43,506 nt of DNA from Anaerolineae bacterium (GCA_015486235.1 WFSD01000158.1:1-43506); one strand, 5' to 3'. Positions 26,259 through 35,279 are shown, counted from the stretch's first letter. Made by a program: numbers and translations. Notes: generated by a model from the sequence alone, not told the origin.

Positions 26259-27023
26259 TCATTCCTCCTGCAGCACCTCGACCACCGGCAGATGAGCGGC
26301 CCGTCGGGCGGGCAAGTACGCACCCAACGCGGCCATCAGCATCAGCCCCGGAAGCAGTAGCGCGAGGCCAAGCCCGTCCACCGGCACGGGGATGGGTCCT
26401 AGGCCCACCATTTTCGAGTCGTGGGTCACCAGCAGGATGGTCTGGCCTTCCTCGTTGAAGCCGCGCAGCAGCGCGAGCACCTCGTTGCCGCTGCGGGAAT
26501 CCAGGTTGCCGGTAGGCTCGTCGGCCAGGAGCACGGTGGGAGCGTTAATGAGCGCGCGGGCGATGGCCACCCGCTGCTGCTGACCGCCCGAGAGTTGGTG
26601 CGGGAACTCGTCCGCCTTCTCGGCGATGCCCAGGGCTTCCAGCAGTTCGTTCCGCCGCTCGGCCACCTCCGCGGCCGGCTGCCCGGCCAGCAGGCCCGGC
26701 AGGTCTACGTTGTCGACCACGGTCAGGTTGGGGATCAGGTTGTAGGCCTGGAACACGAAGCCCACGGTGGCGCGGCGCAACAGCGCGCGGCGGGACTCGT
26801 TCAGGTCGTTCAGACGCTGTCCGTCCAGCACCACCCCGCCCTGGGTGGGCGTGTCCAGCCCGGCCAGCAGGTGCAGCAGGGTGGATTTGCCGCACCCCGA
26901 GGGCCCCATCACCGCGACGAACTCGCCGGGCTCCAGGGTCGAGTCGACGCCGCGCAACGCGGGCACGGCCACGCCGTCGGTGCGGTAGATTTTGTGCAGA
27001 TCATGGGCTTCCAGGATGGGCAT
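26259..27023 (-). CDS. MacB/LolD-type ABC ATPase fused in frame to the last transmembrane helix of an FtsX permease
   Basis: Walker [11 protein letters not shown]-loop FVFQ, signature [15 protein letters not shown], Walker [12 protein letters not shown] and H-loop LVTHD. After THDSKM the sequence switches to [38 protein letters not shown], an FtsX C-terminal motif. Confidence 0.85.
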   Translation of the reverse strand: MPILEAHDLHKIYRTDGVAVPALRGVDSTLEPGEFVAVMGPSGCGKSTLLHLLAGLDTPTQGGVVLDGQRLNDLNESRRALLRRATVGFVFQAYNLIPNLTVVDNVDLPGLLAGQPAAEVAERRNELLEALGIAEKADEFPHQLSGGQQQRVAIARALINAPTVLLADEPTGNLDSRSGNEVLALLRGFNEEGQTILLVTHDSKMVGLGPIPVPVDGLGLALLLPGLMLMAALGAYLPARRAAHLPVVEVLQEE

Positions 27024-27042
27024 TCACATCACCTCCGTTCGT

Positions 27043-27561
27043 TTACTCATGCGCTATCGAAGCGCGAAAAGCCTCTTCGCAGCGGTCGAGCCACTTCAGG
27101 TCGGCTTCCAGGTGCAGTTGCAGGCCCTCGGCCAGCAGGCGCAGTTCTTCGTCGTCGGCAGTGAGCAGGGGCGTGAGGTCGGCCAGGGCCTGGAGCAGGG
27201 TCTGGCGCTGCTGCCAGATGAGTGCGGTCAGGTCCACAGCCTGGGTGCGGCGGGCGAGCAGGAGCTTGAGATAGAAATCCACCCGCAGGCGGGCCGAAGG
27301 CATGGCAGGCCGACGCAGCCACTCGGCCAGAGCCACGCGGCCGGCTTCGGTCAGGGTGCACACCTTGCGGTTGGGGAGCAGTTCTTGGGACACCTCGCGA
27401 CATTTCACCAGACCATCCCGCTCCAGCCGCGCCAGGGTGCTGTACACCTGACCGATGTTCACCTGCCAGGTGCTCCCCAACATGCGCTCGAAAGCGTTTT
27501 TGAGTTCGTATCCGTGTCGCGGCCCTTCGGCCAGCAATGCGAGCAAAGCGTATTTGAGCAT
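27043..27561 (-). CDS. padR: PadR family transcriptional regulator (full length)
   Basis: MLKYALLALLAEGPRHGYELKNAFERMLGSTWQVNIGQVYSTLARLERDGLV plus a C-terminal helical domain. The start at ATG 27561 is chosen by comparison with the paralog at 30048. Confidence 0.88.
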   Translation of the reverse strand: MLKYALLALLAEGPRHGYELKNAFERMLGSTWQVNIGQVYSTLARLERDGLVKCREVSQELLPNRKVCTLTEAGRVALAEWLRRPAMPSARLRVDFYLKLLLARRTQAVDLTALIWQQRQTLLQALADLTPLLTADDEELRLLAEGLQLHLEADLKWLDRCEEAFRASIAHE

Positions 27562-27562
27562 G

Positions 27563-27617
27563 TACATACTCCGTATGTAGTGCATACTCAGTATATATAA
27601 CCTTCGGAGGTTGTCAA
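27563..27617 (-). promoter_or_regulatory. padR promoter and palindromic operator, copy 1
   Basis: The minus strand reads TTGACA (27617-27612), a 16-nt spacer, TATACT (27595-27590), then the perfect palindrome TACATAC-GGA-GTATGTA (27579-27563) abutting the ATG. Confidence 0.6.
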
Positions 27618-28018
27618 ATCGCGGGACGCAAAGGCAGAAGGGCGGGGTGTGGAGGCTCGGCCGCAGAGCGATATATTCGGCGGCGGCCCAAAACACCAAA
27701 CGAGTTGATGGTGGTCAAAAGTGGTGGGACGAAAGCGGTGGATGTGGTCGGCTTTTTGGCCCTCACCCATCACCCCGCCGCCTTCGGCGGCTGCCCCTGT
27801 TCCCTCTCCCACCAGTGGGCGAGGGAAGAGGGGCTCTGTCTGGCCCTAACCCCTGACCGCTAATCCCTGCTTGATGGGTGGATGAGGACCCACTGAGCCG
27901 ACCGCACTTCCCGGCAGTTCACCAGGCGGACGCCCCACCGGTTTTGAGCACTACCAATTTATTCGGTGGGCGTTCCGGAACACCAAACGAATTCCGGAAG
28001 GCTGTGTGGAATGCCGGT

Positions 28019-28216
28019 TCACCCACCGGCCATCATGTGAATCACTTTGACATCAGCATCTTTGGGAATTTCGTATTTCCCCCATTTTCCCCTCAGCACT
28101 ATTTCCCCGTTGACGCTGATTACGAGCATAGGAAAAGAGAAATTCATCTTGTTCAGCAAGTCCTGGATGGTCATCCCTTCTTCCCAATCCATCTTCTCGC
28201 CGTTGACCGTTATCAA
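28019..28216 (-). CDS. thiS: ThiS/MoaD-like ubiquitin-fold sulfur-carrier protein (65 aa, C-terminal GG)
   Basis: (L)ITVNGEKMDWEEGMTIQDLLNKMNFSFPMLVISVNGEIVLRGKWGKYEIPKDADVKVIHMMAGG*. The TTG start follows GGGGGGAG and overlaps the nth stop (TTGA). Confidence 0.7.
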   Translation of the reverse strand: MITVNGEKMDWEEGMTIQDLLNKMNFSFPMLVISVNGEIVLRGKWGKYEIPKDADVKVIHMMAGG

Positions 28217-28890
28217 CTTTTCTCCCCCCAAGCTTTGTGAAAGTTGCAGATCTCCTTCAAGACGCAAGCGTTGCAATCAGGCTTCCGGGCGTGGCACACT
28301 TCCCTGCCAAGCTTTGTCAGATTCAGGTGGAAAGTGTAGTAGAGCTCCGGAGGCACTATTCTCTCCATTATCACGTGGCCCTTTTCACGGCTGACATTGG
28401 GGCCGATCAGCCCCAACCGCCTGGAAACCCGGTGCACATGGGTATCGACCGGGAAGGCCGGCTCGTCAAGGCTGAAGAGGAGGATTATGGCCGCGGTCTT
28501 TGGGCCTATTCCGTTAAAGGAGGTGAGCCACTTCCTCGCTTCCTCCACGCCCATATCCCGGAGGAAATCGAGCGATATTTCTCCCCGTTCCTCCGTAAGC
28601 CGCTGTAGGGCTTCCTTGATTCGCCTGGCCTTCTGGGCGGAAAGCCCTGCCACGTGTATTGCCTCTTCGATCTCCTCTACGGGGGCGTCCCGCACGGCTT
28701 CCCACGTTGGGAATTTTTTACGGAGCCGCTTGAAAGCAAGACCCCGCAGCCGGTCGTTGGTGTTCTGGCTCAGAATGGCATGCACCATCTCGGACACGGG
28801 GTCGAGCCGCGGACGGGAAGGGGAATCCCCGTACACAGAAACGAGCATCTGATGGAGTTCCAGGGCTTTTTGCTTGAGCGAATCTTCCAT
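28213..28890 (-). CDS. nth: endonuclease III-like HhH-GPD DNA glycosylase
   Basis: Helix-hairpin-helix FNGIGPKTAAIILLF, catalytic region PVDTHVHRV, and FeS cluster ligands CHARKPDCNACVLKEIC. Confidence 0.88.
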   Translation of the reverse strand: MEDSLKQKALELHQMLVSVYGDSPSRPRLDPVSEMVHAILSQNTNDRLRGLAFKRLRKKFPTWEAVRDAPVEEIEEAIHVAGLSAQKARRIKEALQRLTEERGEISLDFLRDMGVEEARKWLTSFNGIGPKTAAIILLFSLDEPAFPVDTHVHRVSRRLGLIGPNVSREKGHVIMERIVPPELYYTFHLNLTKLGREVCHARKPDCNACVLKEICNFHKAWGEKS

Positions 28891-28892
28891 TC

Positions 28893-29785
28893 TTACATCG
28901 ATGGTGCCGGAGCCCTCTCGATATCGCCCACCAGGGCCTCGAATTCTTCTCTTGTTATCGTCTCTTTCTCAATCAAATGCTGTGCTACTGCATCGAGCCT
29001 GTCCCGATACCTGATGAGAGTCTCCTTTGCCCGATTATAAGCATCTTCAACCAGCTTCCGGACCTCTAAGTCTATGGCTCTGGCAACTTCGTTGCTGTAA
29101 TTCCGGTGTTCGGCCAGCTCCTTGCCCAGGAAAACCATCTCCTCCTTGTGTCTGAAGGTCATAGGCCCGAGCTTATCGCTCATGCCGAACTGGGTAACCA
29201 TCTTTCTGGCAATCTGGGTCACCCGTTCCAGGTCGTTCGCTGCCCCTGTGGTGATCTCCGATTCCCCGAAGACGACCTCTTCTGCGGCTCTCCCGCCGAG
29301 AAGTCCTGCCAGCTCGTCCCGCAGACGTTCTTTGCTCTGGAGGACTCTATCTTCCTCCGGGAGGGGCATGGTGTAGCCAAGCGCCATTCCCCTGGAGACG
29401 ATGGAGATTTTGTGGATAGGGTCGCCGTGCGGGGTTGTACGCATGACCAGAGCATGGCCTGCTTCGTGGTATGCGATTACCCGTTTTTCCTTTTCCGTGA
29501 TAAGCTTGCTCCTCCGCTCCGGCCCTGCGATGACCCGCTCGATCGCTTCGGTGAATTCTTCCATCCCTACCTGCTTCTTCCCCCGCCTCGCCGCAAGAAT
29601 CGCCGCTTCATTCACCAAGTTCTCCAAATCGGCACCAACAAACCCTGGTGTGCTCCTTGCCAGAATCCCCAAATCCACATCCGGCGCCAAAGGCTTCCCT
29701 CTCACGTGCACCTTCAGTATCGCCTCCCGGCCCCTCACATCCGGCCTGTCCAGCACAACACGCCTGTCAAATCTCCCGGGCCGAA
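28893..29785 (-). pseudogene. ftsH: ftsH 3' fragment (AAA lid + M41 peptidase; lacks TM segments and Walker A/B)
   Basis: It begins at ...RPGRFDRRVVLDRPDVRGREAILKVH and continues through the zinc motif HEAGHAL to the C-terminus. Sequence upstream of the RPGRFDR codons belongs to padR. Confidence 0.85.
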
Positions 29786-30048
29786 GGCGCGCTGGGCCAG
29801 GAAAGCCACTTGGCCAGCGCGGCCCTGCCCTGCCCGGTCAGGCGGCAGACCTTGCGGTTCGGCAGCAGGTCTTGGAGCACTTCCTGGCAGGAAACCAGGC
29901 CATCGCGCGCCAGGCGGGCTAAGGTGCTGTAAACCTGGCCGATGTTGACCTGCCAGGTTTGGCCCAGCATCCGCTCGAACACTGCTTTGAGCTCGTATCC
30001 GTGTCTTGGTTCTTCTGCCAGCAATGCCAGCAAAGCGTACTTGAGCAT
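29767..30048 (-). pseudogene. padR: PadR paralog, C-terminally truncated by fusion to the ftsH fragment
   Basis: MLKYALLALLAEEPRHGYELKAVFERMLGQTWQVNIGQVYSTLARLARDGLV...AKWLSWPSAPSAREI*. It is roughly three-quarters identical by eye to the first 90 aa of the 27561 copy. It loses similarity after the shared CCTTCGGCCCG. Confidence 0.75.
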
Positions 30049-30050
30049 GA

Positions 30051-30106
30051 TACATACTCCGTATGTAGTGCATACTCAGTATAGTCATTCTTTGGGTAGG
30101 TGTCAA
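30051..30106 (-). promoter_or_regulatory. padR promoter and palindromic operator, copy 2
   Basis: TTGACA (30106-30101), a 17-nt spacer, TATACT (30083-30078), then the identical TACATACGGAGTATGTA palindrome (30067-30051). A 32-nt block is identical to copy 1. Confidence 0.6.
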
Positions 30107-30268
30107 GTCACGGAACGCCAAGGGAGTTCCCAGAGGGTCGCCAGACGGAAACGTATTTCGTATAATTCGTGAAGGGAGATCGGACAGCAGGAAAGGATTT
30201 CGGTGAGGTGAGTCGAAAATGGAAAAGTAAGTCATCAGACCAGAAGTGATCGAAGTACCGAAGTACTG

Positions 30269-30508
30269 ATGAGAGAGAAGTCCGCAAGCGAAATGGCAAT
30301 CGCCCGCTTACAGGAGAAAATACGCCCTTTGGAGTCCAGGTACGGACGGACGACGGAGGAGTTCCTGGAGAAATTCGAGAGAGGCGAGGCGGGAGATGAG
30401 CAGGACTATTTCCTGTGGTACGCGCTCGCAGAAGCGATAGAGGACTGGAAGCGAACGAGGGACGGTTTGGTGGAACTGCTGGACGATGCGGAGATGCTAA
30501 GTGCTTAA
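30269..30508 (+). CDS. small antitoxin-like protein (TumA-like?)
   Basis: 79 aa, helical and acidic: LQEKIRPLESRYGRTTEEFLEKFERGEAGDEQDYFLWYAL. It overlaps the next ORF by 8 nt. The family assignment is from memory only. Confidence 0.45.
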   Translation: MREKSASEMAIARLQEKIRPLESRYGRTTEEFLEKFERGEAGDEQDYFLWYALAEAIEDWKRTRDGLVELLDDAEMLSA

Positions 30509-30851
30509 CCTGTATGCCTCAAGAGTGGAAAGTCTCTTCCGGAAAAGCCCTATTGTCGTTAGTTACAGCTTGAACGCCGTAAACGCCAGCCCGAGCACAG
30601 GACACGTTGAAGGAGAAGTGGTTTTCGTGGACAGATCGAGGCTTTCCTGCGGCGCAGCGGGGGCAGGTTCGAGCGAGAAAAGTACAGGGCCGTTTCAGGA
30701 AGCCTGTATTGTCCCCAAATACCTGACCCCTGCCTTGAGCGGGCGTCAGCCCGCCTCAAGTGCCGAATTCATTCGGTGCTTGAAGACGCCCACCACCGGG
30801 CACAGCGTGCTGTGCCCCTACCGACGAACGGATTTGCTTCTTTCCGTTTGA
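30501..30851 (+). pseudogene. TumE/DUF6516-like toxin, probably frameshifted
   Basis: The N-terminal part ...SPSTGHVEGEVVFVDRSRL resembles the family. The expected continuation (IEAFLRRSGGRFEREKYR...) is in another frame. An imperfect hairpin CTTGAGCGGGC..GCCCGCCTCAAG lies inside. Confidence 0.35.
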
Positions 30852-31140
30852 GCAGCACAACGCGCCGAGGCGTTACTCAGAATGACGAGATGTGTAGTAT
30901 GTAAGTGCAGGTCGATCTGTCTGGCCTGACTTGGCCGGGGAAACAGCATTTCGCTGAGGCGAGCTTTGCTCAGGAAAAAATCGAGCTTCCGAATGCTCTC
31001 AAGTGAAGTAAACCCCGCGGGTGTAGGGGCTCCCAGGATTCTCCCGTTGTATACCTCACATTGACAGCCCCACGCCACCGCTGTACACTATGACAGGGCA
31101 TATGAGTAGTCCTCGCCTGACTTGCCAAAGGAGGGCTGGC

Positions 31141-32016
31141 ATGGACATCATCGTGGTAGACCACCTGACCAAATACTACGGCAAATCCCGCGGCATCATC
31201 GACGTAACCTTCCAGGTGAAAGAAGGGGAAATCTTCGGCTTCATAGGTCCCAACGGAGCAGGTAAAACGACCACCATCCGCACCCTGCTGGGACTGATCT
31301 TCCCCACCAGCGGCAGCGCCCGCATCTCCGGCAAGGACATCGTCCGGGATGGGCCGGAAATCCGTCGCGATGTGGGCTACCTCCCCTCGGAGGTCTTTTA
31401 CTATGAGGGCATGAAAGTCGGCAACCTGCTGCGCTACGCGGCCAGTTTCTACCCCGGCGACCACCGCCACCGCATCGCCGAACTGGCCGACTACATGGAT
31501 CTGGACCTCGATCGACGCGTGGACGAGCTCTCCTACGGGAACAAGAAGAAAGAGGGGATCGTCCAGGGGTTGTTGCATAGTCCCAAACTCCTGTTCCTGG
31601 ACGAGCCTACCCTGGGGCTCGACCCCCTGATGCAGCGCAAGTTCTTCGACCTGATTCGAAAGGAAAATCGGGAAAACGGCGTTACCGTGTTCTTCTCCTC
31701 TCACATCCTGAGCGAGGTGCAAAGACTGTGCAGCCGGGTGGGCATAATTCGCGAGGGTCGCATCGTGGAGATTTCAGACATTCGCACCTTGCAAGAGCAC
31801 AGTTACAAGAAGGTAAAAGTGGCGGCGGAAGGTATAGATCCCCAGCGTTTTCGGTTACCCGGAGTGGCCGACCTGAAGGTGGAGAACGGCACCGTGCGCT
31901 TCTACTTCAAAGGAGACATCAACCAGGTGTTGAGGCAGCTGGCGGATCTGCAGGTCCAGGATGTGACCATCGAAGATCCCACGCTGGAAGAAATCTTCAT
32001 GCACTACTACGAGTAG
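31141..32016 (+). CDS. ABC transporter ATP-binding protein (ABC-2 / drug-exporter subtype)
   Basis: ATG 31141 follows AAGGAGG. Walker A GPNGAGKTT, signature SYGNKKKEGIVQGL (degenerate LSGG), Walker B LLFLDEPTLGLD, H-loop FSSH. Confidence 0.9.
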   Translation: MDIIVVDHLTKYYGKSRGIIDVTFQVKEGEIFGFIGPNGAGKTTTIRTLLGLIFPTSGSARISGKDIVRDGPEIRRDVGYLPSEVFYYEGMKVGNLLRYAASFYPGDHRHRIAELADYMDLDLDRRVDELSYGNKKKEGIVQGLLHSPKLLFLDEPTLGLDPLMQRKFFDLIRKENRENGVTVFFSSHILSEVQRLCSRVGIIREGRIVEISDIRTLQEHSYKKVKVAAEGIDPQRFRLPGVADLKVENGTVRFYFKGDINQVLRQLADLQVQDVTIEDPTLEEIFMHYYE

Positions 32017-32024
32017 AGGAAACC

Positions 32025-32834
32025 ATGAAAAGGAACATCTACTGGCATGAACTTCGACGGAAGGCCCGCTCGGTCCTCTACTGGTCGCTGGGCATCGTCG
32101 CCCTGAACCTGCTGTACATGTCCATCTACCCGGGTTTCGCCTCTCAGGCCGCGGAACTCCGAGAGTTGATGAAGAATTTCCCACCAGAACTCATGGAAGC
32201 TTTCGGCTTGAACCAAGTGGACTTTGCCCAGGTGCTGGGATTCTACAGCATGATATTTCTCATGACCCAGATCATCCTGGCCGTGCAGGCCGGAAATTAC
32301 GGCGTGGGCCTGGTCTCCGTGGAGGAGAGTGAGCGTACAGCGGACTTTCTCCTCGCCATGCCCGTCAGCCGATGGCAGATCCTGAACGGCAAGCTGCTGG
32401 CTGCGCTGACGGCCCTGATCGCCACGGAAGCGGCCACGTGGGCCAGTGCGTTTGGCTTCATTGCCATGTTCCACGGCAATCACCCGTACGATGCCGGCGT
32501 CCTGGCACTGATCCTGTTCAGCATGCTACCTTTCCAGCTTTTCTTCCTCGGCGTAGGGCTGGCGATTTCGCAAATGGTGCGCATGGTGCGCAGCGTCACG
32601 CCATACTCCCTGGGACTGGGACTGGGCATGTACACGCTGGGCGCGTTCGGCAACATGGCCGGGGAGGCAAAACTTGAGTGGATCACGCCCTTCAAGCATT
32701 TCGACGCGGCCTACATCGTCCGGCATCACCACTACGACGCACGCCTGCTGTTGCTGGACGTGATCATCACCGTGGTTGCCCTGGCCTTTGGCTGCTGGCG
32801 CTACCTGCGGCGTGACATCTCGACGGTTCTGTAA
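32025..32834 (+). CDS. ABC-2 type transporter permease
   Basis: 269 aa with six hydrophobic segments. It starts 9 nt after the ATPase stop. The ERTADFLLAMPVSR motif is shared with the next gene. Confidence 0.85.
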   Translation: MKRNIYWHELRRKARSVLYWSLGIVALNLLYMSIYPGFASQAAELRELMKNFPPELMEAFGLNQVDFAQVLGFYSMIFLMTQIILAVQAGNYGVGLVSVEESERTADFLLAMPVSRWQILNGKLLAALTALIATEAATWASAFGFIAMFHGNHPYDAGVLALILFSMLPFQLFFLGVGLAISQMVRMVRSVTPYSLGLGLGMYTLGAFGNMAGEAKLEWITPFKHFDAAYIVRHHHYDARLLLLDVIITVVALAFGCWRYLRRDISTVL

Positions 32835-32845
32835 GGAGGAAACAG

Positions 32846-33643
32846 ATGCTGCCCATGTACCTGCACGAACTGAAGTCTCACGTCAAGTCCCTGGTCATAT
32901 GGTGTGCCGTCGTTTTCCTGCTGGTTCTCGAAGCCATGGCCGAGTTCCAGGCATACTACAACAATCCGGAGATGACGAAAGTCCTCAAAGCAATGCCCAA
33001 AGCCCTTCTGGATGCCTTCAGTATGCGGGCTTTCAACCTGACCACCCTGGGGGGCTTCTTCGGGGTCTTGTCCAGGTACTACTACCTGTTGGTTGCAGCT
33101 GCAGCGGCTCTGTGGGGAAGCGGGGTAGTCTCCAAAGAGGAACTCAACAAGACCGCCGACTTCACCCTGGTGCTTCCACTGCCGCGTCGAACGATTCTCA
33201 CGGCCAAGGCGCTAGCGGCTCTGACGAACGTCACGGCATTCGTGCTGGTCACCTGGGCCATCTCTCTGGTGTTCGTGCAGAAGTACGACCCCGGCGTCGA
33301 GTTCTATCGGTTCCTTGCGCTGGAAATGGCGGGCATGTTCTTCGTCGGGTTGGCTTTTTGGGCGCTGGGCGTGTTCCTGGCCTGCGCGTTGCGGAATCCC
33401 AGGAGCGCCGGTCCCACAGGCATCATCGTCGCCCTGATGCTGTACGTGCTCGCTACCGTCCAGACCCTGGAGAAGAAGCTGGATTTCCTGAAGTGGGTGA
33501 CGCCTTTCAAGTACTTCGATGCTGCCGACCTTCACCGTAACGGCGCGCTGAACGCCACTTACCTCGCCATCGCGCTCCTCGTGACCGTGGCGCTGATAGC
33601 CGTGGCCTACGCCGCCTACAACCGCCGGGACATGGCCTTGTGA
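32846..33643 (+). CDS. ABC-2 type transporter permease (paralog)
   Basis: 265 aa with the same topology. It has NKTADFTLVLPLPR and TPFKYFDAA motifs parallel to 32025-32834. Confidence 0.85.
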   Translation: MLPMYLHELKSHVKSLVIWCAVVFLLVLEAMAEFQAYYNNPEMTKVLKAMPKALLDAFSMRAFNLTTLGGFFGVLSRYYYLLVAAAAALWGSGVVSKEELNKTADFTLVLPLPRRTILTAKALAALTNVTAFVLVTWAISLVFVQKYDPGVEFYRFLALEMAGMFFVGLAFWALGVFLACALRNPRSAGPTGIIVALMLYVLATVQTLEKKLDFLKWVTPFKYFDAADLHRNGALNATYLAIALLVTVALIAVAYAAYNRRDMAL

Positions 33644-34002
33644 CGTACGAGACGCCTGGGTTGCCCAGCTGCGGGAAAGTCCCCTCTGGACCGCTGGCTC
33701 TTGGCCACCAAGCAACATGTAAAGGGGAACCGTGTTCTTCTTGCAACCGGTTGCGGCGGCAAACTGCGGTCCATCGGTAGAGTGGTCAGCCAGACCCGCT
33801 CTCAGTTCATCGCCGAAGCGGTGCTCTACGATGCCGAGGACAGCCAAATTGGTCGCGGCGTGGGTGCCTTCGTGCGGAGCAAGATTCCTCTGACCCACGC
33901 AAACGGATATGAGAGCTAAATCTTCACTGTTCAGCGCCAAGAGGGCCATCCTGCGGCGGGCGTAAGGGAGTGAGAAGGCTTATGGTGAATCGAGTAACGC
34001 GC

Positions 34003-34034
34003 AAAAAAGCCGACAGAAAGCGCTTTCTGTCGGC
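34003..34034 (-). terminator. rho-independent terminator downstream of the protease gene
   Basis: The minus strand reads GCCGACAGAAAG cg CTTTCTGTCGGC (12-bp stem) followed by TTTTTT. Confidence 0.7.
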
Positions 34035-34088
34035 TCTAATACGGCTGGAGCGACGAACAGCGCAATTAGACCCGATGCAAGAGCATAC

Positions 34089-35279
34089 TCAGTTCGCCTT
34101 GTCCGGCCGTTCCTGTAGTACTAACGGCAGGATGATCTCTTTCCCGTCCCGCAACACCGTCACATGCACGGTTTCTCCGACCTGCGTGCGCGTTTCCAAG
34201 TAAACAACCAGGTCCTTGAAAGAATTGACCTTATGCCCGTCGATAGCTACAAGCACGTCGCCGCCCACCGGCAGAAGAACGTCGCCAAGACGTTTAGTGC
34301 TCTGACCCCCTCGCAGTCCCGCTTTTTCTGCCGGGGAGCCGGGCACGACCTTCAGGACGAGCAGACCGTGCTGTGGTACCTTCGCTCCCAGTTTCGACAT
34401 CATCTTGGCCCGCGAGGGCGTCAGTTCCAGGAGATCCGTCCCGATCCAGGGATGGCGATAGTGGCCATGTTTAATCAACTCTGGTACTACACGTTTTACT
34501 GTATCGATTGGGATGGCGAAGCCAATGCCTGCGTTGGCACGGCTGGGGCTCATGATCTGTGAATTGATGCCGACAACCTGGCCTTGTAGGTTCAGCAAGG
34601 GACCACCGGAGTTCCCCGGATTGATGGCAGCGTCGGTCTGGATGGCCTGTCCGATAAAACGGCCGTTGGGACTCTTGATCACCCGCCCCAGGCTACTGAT
34701 GACCCCGAAGGTAAGCGTGCGATTCAGCCCGAAGGGATTCCCGATGGCGACCACAAACTGCCCAACGTGCAGGGTGCCGGAATCTCCCAAAGGAATCAGG
34801 TGTAGCGGTTCTCCCCGTGGTTCGACCTGCAGCACAGCAAGGTCATTCGATGGATCCTTGCCCACAACCTTGGCATCCATTGTCCTGCCGTCGGCCAGGG
34901 TGACAACGATTTTGTCAGCGTTCTCCACCACGTGGAAATTGGTCACGATGTGGCCTTTGTCATCGTACACGAAGCCGGACCCGGCACCTTTCTGAGGCAC
35001 AGAGTCCATAAAAAAGTCATAAGCCGTGCTCTGGGTCGTGATATTGACGACCGAATCCCCTGCTTTCCGGTACACTGCTTCCACCTGCGCCTGCAGGCTT
35101 TTCGCAGCATCGGTCATGGAAAGCTGGTGAGGTGTAGCAGGCGTCGAAGTTGACGTCGGTTGGACAGCAGCTTTGGCTATTGCCGCAAGCGATGAGACTG
35201 GCGTAAACCTGAGCAGCAGCGCCGAAAGTACGATCAGCGCGACAACAGATAGAGCCGTGATGATGTGTTTCCTTGACAT
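34089..35279 (-). CDS. HtrA/DegP family serine protease (trypsin-like domain + PDZ)
   Basis: N-terminal anchor. Catalytic triad contexts TNFHVV, DLAVLQV and GNSGGPLLN. C-terminal PDZ region GLLVLKVVPGSPAEKAGLRGGD. Confidence 0.9.
   Translation of the reverse strand: MSRKHIITALSVVALIVLSALLLRFTPVSSLAAIAKAAVQPTSTSTPATPHQLSMTDAAKSLQAQVEAVYRKAGDSVVNITTQSTAYDFFMDSVPQKGAGSGFVYDDKGHIVTNFHVVENADKIVVTLADGRTMDAKVVGKDPSNDLAVLQVEPRGEPLHLIPLGDSGTLHVGQFVVAIGNPFGLNRTLTFGVISSLGRVIKSPNGRFIGQAIQTDAAINPGNSGGPLLNLQGQVVGINSQIMSPSRANAGIGFAIPIDTVKRVVPELIKHGHYRHPWIGTDLLELTPSRAKMMSKLGAKVPQHGLLVLKVVPGSPAEKAGLRGGQSTKRLGDVLLPVGGDVLVAIDGHKVNSFKDLVVYLETRTQVGETVHVTVLRDGKEIILPLVLQERPDKAN

Noticed and set aside
26421-27164. 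247-aa plus-strand ORF across the ABC ATPase/padR region
   Set aside because: It is antisense to two well-supported genes and is compositionally biased (G/R/Q/V).
27700-27990. GC-rich hairpin/REP-like element (CCCTCTCCC..GGGAAGAGGG) and repeated AACACCAAACGA
   Set aside because: It is seen only once or twice in this window. Without genome-wide copies I cannot call a repeat family, and it has no obvious terminator geometry.
30970-31722. 250-aa minus-strand ORF
   Set aside because: It is the exact antisense of the ABC ATPase (Walker A, signature and Walker B on the plus strand), and no independent features support it.
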